The notes beneath the pieces were generated by a model. That model did not search any database. It had not been told where the DNA came from and worked only from the letters and a program-made list of their open reading frames with translations. The translations under genes were made by a program, and so were the position numbers. 64,000 bases of DNA, from the NCBI GenBank assembly GCA_013239625.1, contig MU053758.1, forward strand, positions 1,426,001 through 1,490,000. The letters run 5' to 3'. Shown in pieces: positions 36,766-50,638 of the stretch. Every line of letters begins with the position of its first letter. The stretch's first letter is position 1. The stretch is from Lama guanicoe (Eukaryota).

Positions 36766-39700
36766 CAGACCACAGAAATAGGTAAGAACACAGTAATATA
36801 AAATCTGTATGAAAAAGCTATACCTAAGAGTAATCATTTTATTAATAACAAACCATAAACTCTAAAACTACCTGGCCTAAATTATAGGTAGTGTGTTACT
36901 AAGCCTGTAACAGATTGTCCCAAAGTCTCTAACACATAAAGTGAAACTATCTTGGCTCATTAAAAAAAAAAAAATTCTCATAAATCTTCTTGTTTCTAAA
37001 CAAAAATGTCATTTAGTGAACAGTATTTTTATTTTGTAAGTGGTAATATTCCTTCACACTGTTTATTTCGCCAGAACATACCTAAACAGCACTAAAACTT
37101 TTATGTCCCAACTGGCTGTTTATAGCACTACATTTGAACAAAAAGAAAAAATAACTCTTTGCCTATTCACAAATCGACTTAAAAAAATTCAGAAACACAG
37201 AACTGAAGCATTTACTGGGGTGTGCTCCAAAAGGTTAAATGAATAAAAATCTTCCAGAGTTTGAAGTTTATGCCAACAGAATAACAACAGTGGCTTAGTT
37301 ACACATCTCAATCTTTACCTAGACAACCCTATTTTCATCCATCAGCATCTACAGTGAATTTCATAATGGTAGCCAAGCAGTTAATCTACCAATGTCAAGA
37401 TACCTGTACAACACTACATATGCCAAATGACATTTATCTCACTACTACTATATCATTTTGAGGGGAAGTGTTTGTGTACCTTGGAAAGGCACAGAGCGTA
37501 ACATCCAGTTACAAGTACATTATAATTCCTCCTGTGTTTAGGGAAAACCCACTTGTTTATACTAATAAATTAAGCTGCTTGTTGAACAGCAACTAATTTT
37601 TTTTTCAGGGTCCTGCCATTTCTGGAAGGGTGGGAGGGAAGAACCAAAGGAGAAAAAAAACTTAGTAACAGAACTCTACTCAAATTTTAAAAATCAGATT
37701 GTCTCATATTAGAGATGTTCTTAAACAACAGGATAATCCATAGAAAGTGTGTATCAGACACTGATACACAGTAATTACTTAATAGATGTTGTTACTATTA
37801 AGACACACGCACAGAGACCAAGATTAAATGTGCTCTAATCATAGAGATGTTACTCAGAATATCATTTAAACAGCATTCACCTAACAGTTTATAAAGTACC
37901 TGATCAGAATGATATAAAATTTAAGAACTATGTGCTATATTATATAGCACATACTATACATTACATTGGATATCCGCATGTTCTATGTATGTCCAAGGAA
38001 TGTAATTTAAAATATCTGTGTAAACTTACACATATGCTTAAGTGCTCAACTACTACACTGCTCTTTTTGATGCTTTCCCAACAATAGCAATGATCTGATG
38101 ATTCAGTATGATTTCTCATGCATTCACATCATCATGTTAGTGAACACAACCTGTAAGTCCCACTATCAAAAACACAGGTAATAATGTAAGTCAACACTAC
38201 TTCAGATACAAGTAATAAATCAAAGGAATTTTAACATTAAGGTCTTCAGTTTCCAAGTCTAAAATAGAAGCAAAATGTGAAGGTTGGCATTTAAATTGTG
38301 TTGCTAACAAGCTCATTTTCAACTTTTCCATTTGATGCTATTAACTAATGGAATGTTTGTGTAGCCTTTGATTCAAACCTAGGGTTGGTTAAGGCTTCTT
38401 GGAGTCTTACACAGCCTGCACTTCAACTGAACCAAATGCTAAGTAATGGTGCTACTGAAGAAGCAGCTTGACCATTAGCAACAATTTTACAATGGAAGTT
38501 TCCTAAGGGTTAGGAAGACAGCAATTTTTTCCCCCAAATGAGTCTTTACTACAATTACTCAGGAATACACCGTACATGTACTAGTAAGACTCAAAAGGTT
38601 TTCTTCTGATTGCTATAGTTCTGAGATTTTAGTAAAAGGAAATCTCCACTGTGACAATTCTAAATACCAGTCAGTCTAAAGCCTGAGTCACTCTGACTAA
38701 CAAGCGATTTCACCTTTAATATTTTGTAATAATCACTGCCTTCGTGGAATAGGGTTCTAATTTCTAAAGACAGTAAGGAGCAAATAATTAGTAAACACAT
38801 ATTGAGCCAAGTTTTCTAACAAAGGAGACACTGAAAAGAGCAACTTGCAGAAAGTCAAACATAATATGTAAACATACAGAACATTACTATTCATAGTTTG
38901 TGGCTACTTTTATATACCATAAAACTTTAAAACTATACACAGGAATAATAAGAAAGAAGAGAGGAGTCACCCTTGGGGGTGAGGGTGTGAAGAGATGGAA
39001 ATGGACTTTAATGGTATCTGTGACATTTTATTTTCCAAAAAACATTATGCACAATCTAAAGCAAATGGAGCAAAACATCAGTATCTGCTAAAACTGCATA
39101 GTAGATTACTTCTCTGTATTTCTAAAATATTTCCTAACTTAAAATAAAATTTTAAAGCAATTACAAGTGGCCAGACAAACTGAGAACTACATATTCGTAT
39201 GGTTTTCAAAATGGAATCTCCAAGACCTGGAGAACTAATCTCAGTTAACAAAACAGCTATCAGAAGACTCAGTCCTTTGCCACTAATGCATATACAGATT
39301 AGAGAAAGATTTACTTTACAATAAGAACAGGTTCATTTATGTAGCAAAGTTCAGAGAAGTTTCACAATTTACTACTCAGGACCACATTTATCCAGGTTGT
39401 ATTGGACAATATCAATTATCAAGAACCAGGAAGTTAAAAAAAAAAAAAGCCTGTATGGAAGCCAGAATGGATGATACAAAGTTCATACAATAAAGCTCAT
39501 ACCCTTCACTCAGAACAGGATCCATCAAACCCTCACTTAGAAAAAAATTTAAGCTCAAAAAAGGTTGTTTATTTGGTTACTCAGACCTCTTCAGATCAAG
39601 TTCAGTAAAATAGAAGAGGGAAAAAATTGCATGACAGGAAGCAACAGGCACAATAAGCAGCAAGTAATAACCTGAGAGTAAGGAAAACAAAGAAATTTTA

Positions 39701-42619
39701 AAGAACAGGTATGAAACTAATAAATCATAGTACACAGTTTTGGGTAATCTATGGCTATAAGTATCAATGACATGTTCAGAATGCTGTTCAGTATTTAGAA
39801 AAACAAGAAGAAAAGAAACAAACCTAGATTATGAGGAACTACGGAGTTTAAAAAGATAAATATTTCCATCAGATCAGTAAATATTTTTTAAATTCTAAGT
39901 GCCTCAAAAGATAAGATTCATTTATCTGGAAAACTCACTGCAGAATTCATTGCCAGGTGATACTGGATAAAGCTTACCATAAAACAGTTTCTCATATGCA
40001 GGTGTTTTCTGATAGATTTCAAGAAATAGAATAGAAATTCTGAACAAATTCAATTTCTTATGACCAATCTTCAAATTTAATTTCTTAAGATCATTTAGTG
40101 ACCCAGCACAATACTGGACAAATTAATTTTATGATTTTAAAGTAATTTAAAAACTACCAAAATGTATAGAAAATACGCAAAATTTGGGCAGAAAATTCCA
40201 TGACATGGAGCTGACAATAACATCCATTTAGGTGCCAAGGTTCAGCCTGCCAAACAATCTACCGTATCTGTAACTCTCCTCTAAGTGCCAATTTAGTCAT
40301 CACCAACATGAATATTTTGTTGGTAGAGGCCAGGGATTGTTTAGTACATCCTGACTTCTGGCCTTGAAGGATGAAATTAATTTCTTTGGCTCAGGTAAAA
40401 TATTCCCAAAAGAGAATTTCTGTATAAACCACTATAAGCTAATAACCAGAAACTGTAGCCACTCACATAAACTTGTAATCTATTTTTTAATTAATTATCC
40501 ACAAAACAAGAGAGTCAGAATTTGAAACAGCTACAAAAATCTGTTGCTCTCAAATATCATAATGTTAAGGGAGAGGAAACGGAATGTCCCATTTCTGTAG
40601 GCCCATGATAACACACTTTCAAAACCTGCTGAATTAGACCACACTCACTTACGTAAAAGACAACTACTTTTTAAATCAGTGCACATTGAGTAATTTTCAT
40701 CTTTCCCAGGAGTCCACACCCCAGGCTAGGTTAAAAATCCACTAGGTTTCTAATATGTAACCTGTACAAACACTCTGGGCTTATCATAAAATTTTGCAAC
40801 TAAAGCAACCAAGCAACTTGCATACTTTGTGCAATGTAATTCCAAATTGTTAGGGAACTGACCCAAAACCAGTTATAAATCTAGGTTTCTAGAAATATAA
40901 TTCTGCCCACATTTTGAGATTTCCACAGATACTACCTAATACCACAAGTTTAAATTTATTGCTCCAATCTATGGATTTAAAAAATATCAACATATGCTCT
41001 TCACTAGTTATATTAACTTTTTACTAATGTTAACTCCTGTTTACACTTCCAAAGGTAGTAATGTGTATAATTAAAAAGTCCAACCATCCTTTAATAAAAC
41101 TTGTTAGAATCCATTATCATGCTATCTTTCATCTGTGTTGCCACCTAGCCTCAAAAAATTTTCTAAAAAGAAAGGCTTTGAAAACTTCATGTTACTAAAA
41201 AAAAAAAAAAAAAAAAAAAAACCTTTTTCACCCTTGTATCAAATTAAAAAGTCCCTGATAATACATTACCATGTGCTCCCTTAATGGCCCAAAACAGTCT
41301 TCCACCTATCTCTCATTTCTTTCGAAAAGCAAGCAGAAAAGGGGTAAGGAGGAGCATGTCACTGCTTATTGTTCTACTCTAACACTTAAATAAAACTGTC
41401 ACTTCCCAATAAAATAATCATTTGAAAATCTTCATTCACAATTTTTTTCTGAAGTTTTTCTCTAGATATGTATACCTCTCAAAATTATGAACCCATTATG
41501 ACAACTATTGGGGTAGAGAAACACATGATTTTTTTTAATGTTAATCTTTTCACACAATGAGAACTCATTCATTGCTAGGCCCTTCTTCCCGCAGGTTTGC
41601 CAAGTCACAAGACACACTACTGTTTACAATCCCTCCCATCTGCCCCTAGCCAATATATATCAAACACTCCAGTCACTTGGCTTAAATAGTCTCCCAAATA
41701 ACCCTCTCAAATCCTAAATTAGACCCAAGATGCACTCATTCTGATTCATATTCTTCATGGAAAAATTTTAAATCACCTGACTTTCACAGGGATAAGTTTT
41801 GCCTTTTGATGGAGCCAAACCATAGGGTCCTCATGCTTTCACACAAGTGCCCCAAATCTGACAGCATACTTTTTAATTCTACACTTTAAGATATATTTTC
41901 AATCTGAGTACTCGGCTTTCAAAACCAACTGCCAACTTTCAATTCATTCGAACATTACGGTAGTCTACATTTCTTTCATTTCGTTGCTACATACACCCTG
42001 TTCTTTAAGGTTGAGTTCTACTGATTTTTTCTCCTTGACTGCAGGGGGAAAAGAAATGAAACAAAATACATTTACCATCATTCTTTCTGAAGATAACTAC
42101 TAAACAGTTTTCATTTTTCATTACAGACTTCACGTAATACATCATATAACACGGTACCACAAATGTCTATTGTTTGGGACCTTCGCAGGCATCAATACTA
42201 ATGATCTCCAGAATCAAACAATACTTTAGATAATCTGCGGGGGGAGGGGAGGGGAGGAGCATGATTCACCAAAAACTGCAATGAAGAGTAATGGAATATT
42301 TTCACCAGTGGTATGCTAAAACTACTAGCTTCTTTCAGAGGAGGGTACTGCTAAGCAACCATCGCTGTAGCAATAAATCCACCTGCTTCAAAGGCTGCAA
42401 AGCTAGGAAGATAGGAGGAAACGCGGAGATGGGGTCCTCCCTCAGCTTCTCCAGAGGTTAGGAGAGAACAAAGTCACTGCTGCACTGTCACTTGAGGGGA
42501 AGGGGGAGGAGGGCGGATCATCTTGGAAACCCAGCTTCTGGGCCAGAGCAGGCAAGGAGAATACAGCGAGACTGCCCGGGATTAACATTCTCCTTCTCAC
42601 CCTCTTCCCCGTTCTAGAA

Positions 42620-43670
42620 TCTCCCCTCCTCGCTAACGCGCGGCAGACTGAGTCCCAGATGACCGCCCCTTCCAATGTGTCCTCCGTGCGGCGTAGGGAG
42701 AACAGAAGAACTGAGTCCGCAGGTTGAACGTGGACTGCGATGACCCCTCTGGCTTCCCCAACACCCTCCAGTCTTCCAGAACACTACCAAGCCCGGAAGG
42801 GCCGCGTCGGGGGGAAGCCCCACACAGGTGTGCTCCACCCGGAGGGACGCACGGGCCGGGCCCGCCAGTTCCCCTGGCGCTCCCCGCAGTGCGACCCCGG
42901 CCCCAGCCCAGCAGGGCAGAGCACACCCCCCCGGGCGCCCCGCAGCTGCACCAGAGGAGCGCGCCAGTTCCCGAGACGGCCTCCCCAGTCCCAGGCCCGC
43001 CCTCTCGGCCGGGCCCCCAGCCCAGCCCGCGGGCGCGGCCTAACTGCTTGCCCGGCAGCTCGCCCCCGGCGCCCGAGGGTCGCCGTACCTGGGCGGCGGC
43101 CTCCAGCTTGCCCTCGAAGGTGAAGTCCAGCAAGTCGGGCTTGAGGCAAAGGCTGTAGTTGATGGGGGAGACATCGGTAGGCAGCCGCTCGAAGGGCCTC
43201 TTCTCTGGCATCGCGGCGAGGCCCAGGCTGTGGAGGCGGCGGCTGCGAGAGAAGCGGCTGAGGAGAAGGAGGAGGGGAGGAGGCGGAGGGCCGAGGAAGA
43301 GCAGGCGGCGAGCAAGGGAGGGGGCGGCGGCTGCTGCCAGCCACATCCACCGAGCGCGGGCGACCGCCTGAGGAGAGCGACCCGGGGAGCCTGGGGGCGG
43401 GAGAGAGACCCAGCCCGAGCGCCAGGGGCCAGGAGGGAGGCAGTAAGGGCTGGCTGGCTGGCTGCCTACGGGGAAGGGGGCGGAGGGGAGGGAAGGGGAG
43501 GAGGGAGGGCGGGAGGGTGCGGGGTCGCAGGCGCGCCCTGGGGGCGGGAGGCGGCTCTCCGTGCTGCACCTGTCGGCGCCGCTGCCGAGCTGGGGCAGCG
43601 TGCGAGCCAGAAGGAGCCCGGAAAGGTTTGAGAAACGGAGCAAAGGCTTGAGGAGCTCGCCCCGATCTGT
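42620..43670. promoter_or_regulatory. CpG island / NPEPPS promoter and 5' UTR
   Basis: Sharp rise in GC and CpG content around exon 1, with GC-box-like GGGCGG motifs (e.g. ~43395, ~43477, ~43507, ~43542). No obvious TATA box. TSS not determinable from sequence. Confidence 0.9.
43089..43346 (-). CDS. NPEPPS: NPEPPS exon 1 coding part (86 codons, MWLAAAAAPSLARRLLFLGPPPPP...MPEKRPFERLPTDVSPINYSLCLKPDLLDFTFEGKLEAAAQ)
   Basis: Translation matches the recalled N-terminus of puromycin-sensitive aminopeptidase. ATG at 43346, second in-frame ATG at 43211, donor CAG|GTACGG at 43089/43088, phase 0. Confidence 0.97.
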
Positions 43671-44251
43671 CTTTGGAAATTGAAGCCTATGCAGTTGGTC
43701 AGTGCAGTCAGGGCAAAATGTTAAAATATTAAGTCAGAGCAAAACCCCAAACTAGATTTTTACCTCCAGATCACGGAAAGCCTGACTGGGGTCTCTGTTC
43801 ATAATCATTCCTGCTATTTTAAGTAGCAACTTCAAGGGATGATATGAAGAATTTTGTCAGAAAACCTTTAATAATCCAGGTTACTTAAACCAATGCAATT
43901 TGGACCTTTGAAGGAGTGATTTCAAAAGTTACAAGATTTTTGTTTCCATGATTTAATGTTCAAAATAAGATATGTTTCACCTTTTTAAAAATAAAAGACA
44001 CTTTACCAGTTGTGGCCTTTTTAAAGGTAAATTAGCCGTGGCTTCCTCAATTCTGTAGCTATACAGCAAATTGAACTATGTATATATTAATATAAATACA
44101 TATTAATCATATATAAATGTGTATAAATTTAAATATACATTTTAAAGTGTCAAGGACAAGATTTTATCTATAATCCCCATGCTCCTTTATAGAACCTTCT
44201 CATGTACAGCCCCTTAATTTCCAAAACTCAGTGCTGAAAGTGGTATTGGAC

Positions 44252-44558
44252 TAGCATTGTCTAATAGAAATATAATGTGAACCAACTAAGTAACTTAAAT
44301 TTTCTAGTAGTCACACCAAAAAAAAAAGAAAGAAAAAAGCTGAAATTGATACATCTTATTTAACGCAATATATCCAAAACATTATCATTTCAACATGTAA
44401 TCGATATAAAAATATTAATGAGGTTTTTTTTTCCCTGTAGGAAGGCTTTGAAATCCAGTGTATATTTTACATTTAAAGCACATCTCAATTCTGACTAGCC
44501 AGGTTTGGGGTGCTTAAAAGCCCCATGTGACTAGTGGCTATTGTATTGGACAGTATAG
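44252..44558 (+). mobile_element. MER33-like hAT-Charlie DNA transposon
   Basis: TIR-like ends gcattgtctaatagaaatataatg and gtattggacagtatag. Internal aatatatccaaaacattatcatttcaacatgtaatc matches the recalled consensus. Confidence 0.8.
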
Positions 44559-44784
44559 TCCTATAGACTGGGCCTGCCCTCTTATCCCCCGAATCCTACA
44601 CACGTTTTAGGAGAGACTGAAAAGCTGTCCTCAATTTTGTCCATTCAAGTCTTTGCAAACTAAGATGTGAGATGGGGCCTTTTGTTATATGGATGCATTT
44701 CTATGACTACTACTTGGTCATAGAAATAATCATCATGTAATAATTATTATTACATATTAATAATCTAATTAACTAGTAATCAAA

Positions 44785-44940
44785 TAATAATGTATTGAGT
44801 GCTTACTAAACACTTTTCATGTGTAAATTTATTTAACCCATTCAACAATTCTGTTAGGTGGACACCATTATCCCCATTTTACAGATGAGAAAACACACAC
44901 AGAGATTCAGTGACTTGTAGCTGGCTGGCATTAGGACCCA
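44785..44940. mobile_element. MIR
   Basis: Core attatccccattttacagatgagaaaac preceded by tattgagtgcttact. Confidence 0.75.
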
Positions 44941-46441
44941 GCCTTTTTTTTTCTCTCCTGGAAAATTTTGCAGCAGCTCCTCTATTTTTTAATTTTCCAG
45001 TTTTGTGTTATTGTAATCCATCTGTATCTCAGCTTCTTGAAAAGTTATCTTCATTATGCAAGAATCCCTAAGGCTCCCTTTTCTCTGTTGAAGCAAATTT
45101 GATATATAACCTTTTCAGGCTCTCTGTGAACTGTCCTTACCTTTTTCTCAGATTTGTTTCTCCTAACCTTTTAACATAGATTCTCCAGTCTTAGCAAGCT
45201 AACCTGTTTACCATTTGGCCCTTAGAGCTTGCTCATTCTGTCTTGCTCATGCATTGTTGCTGGAAAGGCCTCCTCATTCTTTTTGACAAACCCAGGCCCC
45301 TCCCTTCAAAACTCACCTCTTCCAGAAAGTCCTCACAGACTGACTCCACCCAAGTCTAAACCACTTCCCATCAGTTTCCAAGCACTGGCTTTTGTGGACT
45401 TATTTGCTCTTATTTGTTCTGCAACTGTATTTAATTTGTCTTATATGAATATCTTTTCAAGATGTACTACCACCAAGAGCTTGACTTCTTATTCTTTTGT
45501 AACTGTTGGTACTGAGCTCTGCAAAAGGACATCCCAAATGTTATTGACACAACTAACCAACTGGCCAAGAGAGAATATTTTACCCAGTCTGTAGCCTTTC
45601 CTTTGTGTATAAAGTGTATGCCCCATAAAGAAATTACATGAACCTAAGGCTAGAGGCAACTTTCTTTTATAAAATCACAGAAGTGATTCTAAAAACAAAA
45701 AACTTACTGGGGCCATAGACTCCATGGGCAGCAGTAATTTTGACCCTGCTGAGGATAAAGGGGAGAACCTTACTTGGTCCTTGTACCATGACCCAGGAGG
45801 TTCCAATGCAGCAAGTCAAGAGTGAACCCAAGCCTACCTGGGATAGAGGAATAGAAGGTAGCATATAGTTCCCATAAAGACTAACAATCTAACATATGCT
45901 CCAGGGAGGCTTCTCTGGAATAACTTAAATGAAGAACACAGGGCTGTTGGAAATTCATTTTCCTCCGTGGGGCTTTAGGCCTCTCAGGAGAGGGGAAGGA
46001 GTGGGGAAGTCAGTAATATCTCAAAGTCATTAGCACTACTTCTAACATATTTCTAGGCTTTTCTGTTTAACGAAGCCCTTGAAAATCTGCAAATGAAGAC
46101 TATGCAAGTTGTATACCTCAATAAAAAGTTAAGAAAGAAAAAAGCTAATCAAAGCCATTCTAACCTTAGTCACTTTTGTCTTTAGTTTTAAAGCAGTAGT
46201 CTGAGATTCTGAGGACATAGTCCCAATCTTTATCTATGACCTAGAGCAAGTCTTATAATTTCTCTGCTTCAGTTTCCCCTATTGGAAAGCAGATAAGTGC
46301 ATAATGCATAGTTTTCTGAAAGAAAAGTATTATTATTTCACTTGTTGTTTGGGAATTTCTTTTTTAAAAAGTCTGTCCTGTTCATCATATCAAAATAATC
46401 TTGATACAAGTTGTACATAAAGAGTTAGCGTAAAAGATATA

Positions 46442-46652
46442 CAGTCGGTCCTTGAATAACACAGGTTTGAACTGCATGAGTCCACTTACACATGGGATTT
46501 TTTTCAATAAATACAAACCATAGTACTACATAATCCATGGTTGATTGAATCCTCAGATGCAGAGGACAGACTGTATAGTTTTACACGAATTTTTTTTGAC
46601 TGGAGGGAATGGTTAGCATCCCTAAACCTCCGTGTTGTTCAAGGGTCAACTG
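46442..46652. mobile_element. Tigger2-derived MITE (MER8/Tigger2a-like)
   Basis: TIRs CAGTCGGTCCTTGAATAACAC and GTGTTGTTCAAGGGTCAACTG, with TA at the left flank. Confidence 0.85.
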
Positions 46653-49600
46653 TGTAGAGCAAATTGTAAGTCATTGAAAGAGATGTTTCAAAGCAAAGAG
46701 AATATAAAGGAATTGGATTAGGGAGCCAAAATATTCAGGCAGAAGGGCAAGACACACTGGCCATGAACCATTGAAAGGGGAAGAGAAAGATATGGAAGAA
46801 TCTGAGAGGCCATTACAAAACCCACCATATTAGATGAAAACAAAGCATTACTGTTACTATTTAGCTGCACTTAGAAACTTTAGCCTCCGGTGTCAGTTTC
46901 AGGCATGTAACTCTAATTCCACTAATATGAGTCTTACCTCCAGAAGATGGTAAAGGGGTTCCAAAAACCAGGGAAGCAATAAGTTGGAAAGCAATCCATA
47001 GGCAGCTGATGCCATGAGATTCCAGCCTGGACTCTTCTGTAATTTAAAATGGCTGTTGGAAAGACCGTTGGAAATGTGGGGAGGGGATGGAATGTTGCCT
47101 GCCCAGCCTATGCTCTTCATGAAAGGGAGGTAGATTAATTCCATATGCTTCATTTAAAATGTATATTATATGGATGGTTAATAACTATATAGGATATAAC
47201 GGTGATGTGTGTGTATATCTGTGTGTGTTTGTTTGTTTGAGGGTGGCCATATGACATTATATACATCCAAATATGGCCAAAGAAAGGTCCTCAGAGTCAG
47301 AAAGAGTTTCATTTCTCATGGTATCTTTCCAGCAGGAAGTTAGAAAAGTCATATATTTCTACCTATCTTACTTCCTTTCTAGCCCCTCCCCTTTTTCATT
47401 ACTACTACTCCAGGATTATTTACCAATCCCAAGTGACTGGGCAACTACATGACTAAACCCAGGCTCTTTGTTGGTGATCTTCAAGTTGAAATGATTCTGT
47501 TTGACCTCGTCTTCTTATGAAGGGTTAGCCATCAGTGCCTTGCAGAACATGAGTCAGGGAGTAAGGCCAACACTCTCTGCTGTAGGGAAGAATGCATATG
47601 TCTGTGTCTGATGCGTGGGTCTCTGGAATGCTGCTACAACATTTCCCATGGAATCCCAAGTCTTTAAAGGTTACAGTGTTCTGGAGCCGGCATGCTGGAA
47701 TTGACTTAGCAATGATGTTGCCTTGATTTCAAATTCAAAAACTAACTGAGGGCTCCGGTTGAACCAGACCAGTGAAATGTCCAGGAGGATTAGTCTCAGC
47801 AGCTTGGCAATAGTCAGATAGCCTCAGTTTCTCCACCTGTGCCTCTATTTCTGTTTGTTTTTTAAATCCCTGACAAGAAGAATTTACATCAGAATTAGTT
47901 CTCCCTTAAGACCTGATTCCTTGCTTTGCAAAGAGTATAATCTCAACCTCTGTCCAACCCTAGGTTAAGGGTAGGGTGAAGAAGAGACCCAAGACATTAA
48001 GGCCTGCCAACCTGGTGGATGTGATTTTATGAGAGCAATTTGCCTTTGAAGTTTTAGCCACATCTTAAATAACTGAAGATGACAATCTTCTGCTGCCAGC
48101 CTCCCTACAGAATTTACATAGGAGTCAAGATTAATAAACACTTCAAAAGTATAGGGAGAACTAGAAATTAGCTTGTGGCCTGCTTACACACAGGACTGAA
48201 CTGAAAGTTATCTTGTCCTCAATTAAAAAATAATGCCAGAGCTGAAGAAAGACCAGAAGGTAAGCATCTAGGACCCTTTCATTTTCAGATAGTCTGCATT
48301 TTCTAGGCAAATAGTCTCGGTATGGAGACTAGCCTTGGGGCTCTGGTGCCTTATTTTTTCCCAAATAAAATCTAGATGGTAACATCTCTGTATTGTGAAT
48401 TGACTCAAGAAGAAGCCAGAGAGACAAAAAGCAATTCAAACTGCTCGTATTCTTTAGTCCTTGGAAAGCCGTACCAGCAGTTTCTAGATATGGTCTATTT
48501 TAGTTCAAAGTGCGATCACACTGTATAAAATATACATTCACTGAGAATGAGGCAGAACACAGATACCCTAGGGACCTGACATCAGGAATTAGGGCAGGCC
48601 AAATAAAAAAAAAGAGAGAGAGACAAAACTCTTTAGGCAAAAAGGCATAATTCAAACATTCAAGAGAGATTTATATTTTTCTTGCCCCAAACCTAGATTA
48701 GCTACAAAGTGGGACCCACAGTTTTAGGAACTCTGCATCAGGAAACCCTGAAGCCTCCCTACACTGTCCTGATGTGTCTCCATACCAAGAGATGCTGAAA
48801 TATGACATATTTGTCTGACCCTATGTACTTTGCTAAGGTGATTCATTACTGTCTTATCTCAATTTAAGAGGATATCACATGTGGAAGGAAGGCTGACAGG
48901 ATTAAAGGAACCAAAAAGGTGGAAGAGAGAAAAAGAAGTCACTATATTACAGATAGTGCTATTCTTACTGTCTGACAGGGTAAATCACTTTACTTTAAAG
49001 CCTCTTTTATTTTTTCTCTGGGAATTAGAACACTATAGTTCTATCCAGGTTGGGTTCAGACTTGAAGTTTACAAATTGCAGACCTGAGAGCAGACACTTG
49101 TTTTATCCTCCTGAACAAGAAATTTTAAATGGTAAAATCTTTATGGTTTTTGTTCTCCCTAACTTTCCCCAACTTCATGGGAAAGGGACGGAGAAGCTCA
49201 ATATGCCATATTACAACACTAGGATTCAAACTTAAATCTTAAGGATAGGCAAAGTAAGTTGAAAATAAGTTCCTTTGGGTTTGTTCTTTTTTATTATTTT
49301 TATGAGACTTCAACTAAAAAGGATCACAGAGTGACAGAGATAGATGCAGTAATTAGCCCAAAATTAACCATAAAGCAGTGACAAAAGCTATGAAGACAAT
49401 TTCTGACTCCCAGTCCTGTCTCCTTTCCAAGTATCCATGCCATCAAAGTTAACTGTTACAGGACAAGTGTTGAAATATTAGAGGGAACTACATGCCCTAG
49501 ATTTTATTAGACAGTTCTGATTTCACTTATTCTCCACTGTTGTCATAGTCATGTAAATGTCCTAGAAATTCCAATATTCTGTCATTTGAGTTTAAAGAAA

Positions 49601-49930
49601 GTGAAAGAATTGTGTGCCTGGGATTCAAGGGGAAGAGGGCACATGATAGCTGGTGTAAAGGCCGGGTAATAGGAAGGAGACAGAAAGATCTGATTGCTAG
49701 AATAACTGGGCAGCTCAAATGAGGGTAATAGAATCCCGTGCTGCAGAGCATCAGCTGATGCTAAAAAGAATGCTTCTCTTACATGAGTGCTCACAACAGA
49801 CTCAGAGCAACATTGCTGTTTTCAGCCCACCTCTGGAGTGCTAGTATTCTAGCCTCCCTTAAAGAGGATGAGATCCGACAAATAAGGATATCTGCACAGT
49901 ACAGGTCCTATTAAAAAGGGCAAATGGGGT

Positions 49931-50048
49931 GGGGGGGAGGGTATAGCACATGCTTAGCATGCAAGAGGTCCTGGATTTAATTCCCTGTACCTCCATTAAA
50001 AAAATAAATAAATAAACCTAATTATCTCCCCTGAAAAAAAATAAAAAT
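49931..50048 (+). mobile_element. Vic-1-like SINE with A-box deletion
   Basis: GGGGAGGGTATAGCACATGCTTAGCATGC lacks the CTCAGTGGTAGAG segment seen in the other copies. Typical AAACCTAATTATCTCCC tail. Confidence 0.88.
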
Positions 50049-50427
50049 AGATTTTAAGAAAAAGCAGGACAGTGGGTGTAATCCTTTAGTGAAAGAGGTA
50101 AAAAGAATAACTTCACTAGAAAGTTATTTTCATGTAGCAGTTTTGAAGTCCTCAAACTGCTTTACAAAATCAGGTTTGTTCATTCCACACTAGGAAGAGC
50201 AAACCTAGCAAGAGAAACAAGTTCTCTAGGTTCATAAATCCATACAGTTAATCCTAGGCTCTTGGCCCCTATATAAACAAACCCTAGAGAGTCAATTGAA
50301 GTATACCCTTTATTTAGTGTAACTAAATATTCCATTGCCACTAGAAATAATTGGAAATACCTTTAAATGCTTTTCAAGTATTTTTCAGTGTGAAAGAGAG
50401 CAGAAAAAAGGTTCAAATCTTTTCCTT

Positions 50428-50524
50428 TTTTTTTTTTTTTAAATGAAGGTTCTGGGGATTGAATCCAGGATCTCGTGAACACTACACATGGGCTCTACCA
50501 CTGAGCTACGCCCGGTTCCTTAAT
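50428..50524 (-). mobile_element. tRNA-derived SINE variant
   Basis: Minus strand reads CCGGGCGTAGCTCAGTGGTAGAGC...GGATTCAATCCCCAG then poly(A). TSD TCTTTTCCTT at 50418-50427 and 50525-50534. Confidence 0.85.
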
Positions 50525-50638
50525 TCTTTTCCTTCGACCAAGACGATCGCTAACCTCATAGTAATCCTAAAGCACATTTGCATCAGCCAGGTGGGGCCTC
50601 TTGTTCTGCAGAGTAGGACAAGTAACTCTCCCTAGTAC

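Noticed and set aside
42633..43643. 336-aa ORF and several overlapping GC-rich ORFs around exon 1
   Set aside because: Only 43346-43089 is real coding sequence. The upstream extension starts at TTG in promoter sequence and the downstream part reads through the splice donor. The other frames are stop-poor CpG-island artefacts.
47549..47711. AP-1 (TGAGTCA) and ARE-like (TGACTTAGCA) motifs ~4 kb upstream of NPEPPS
   Set aside because: Short motifs expected by chance in 64 kb, with no independent support from sequence alone.
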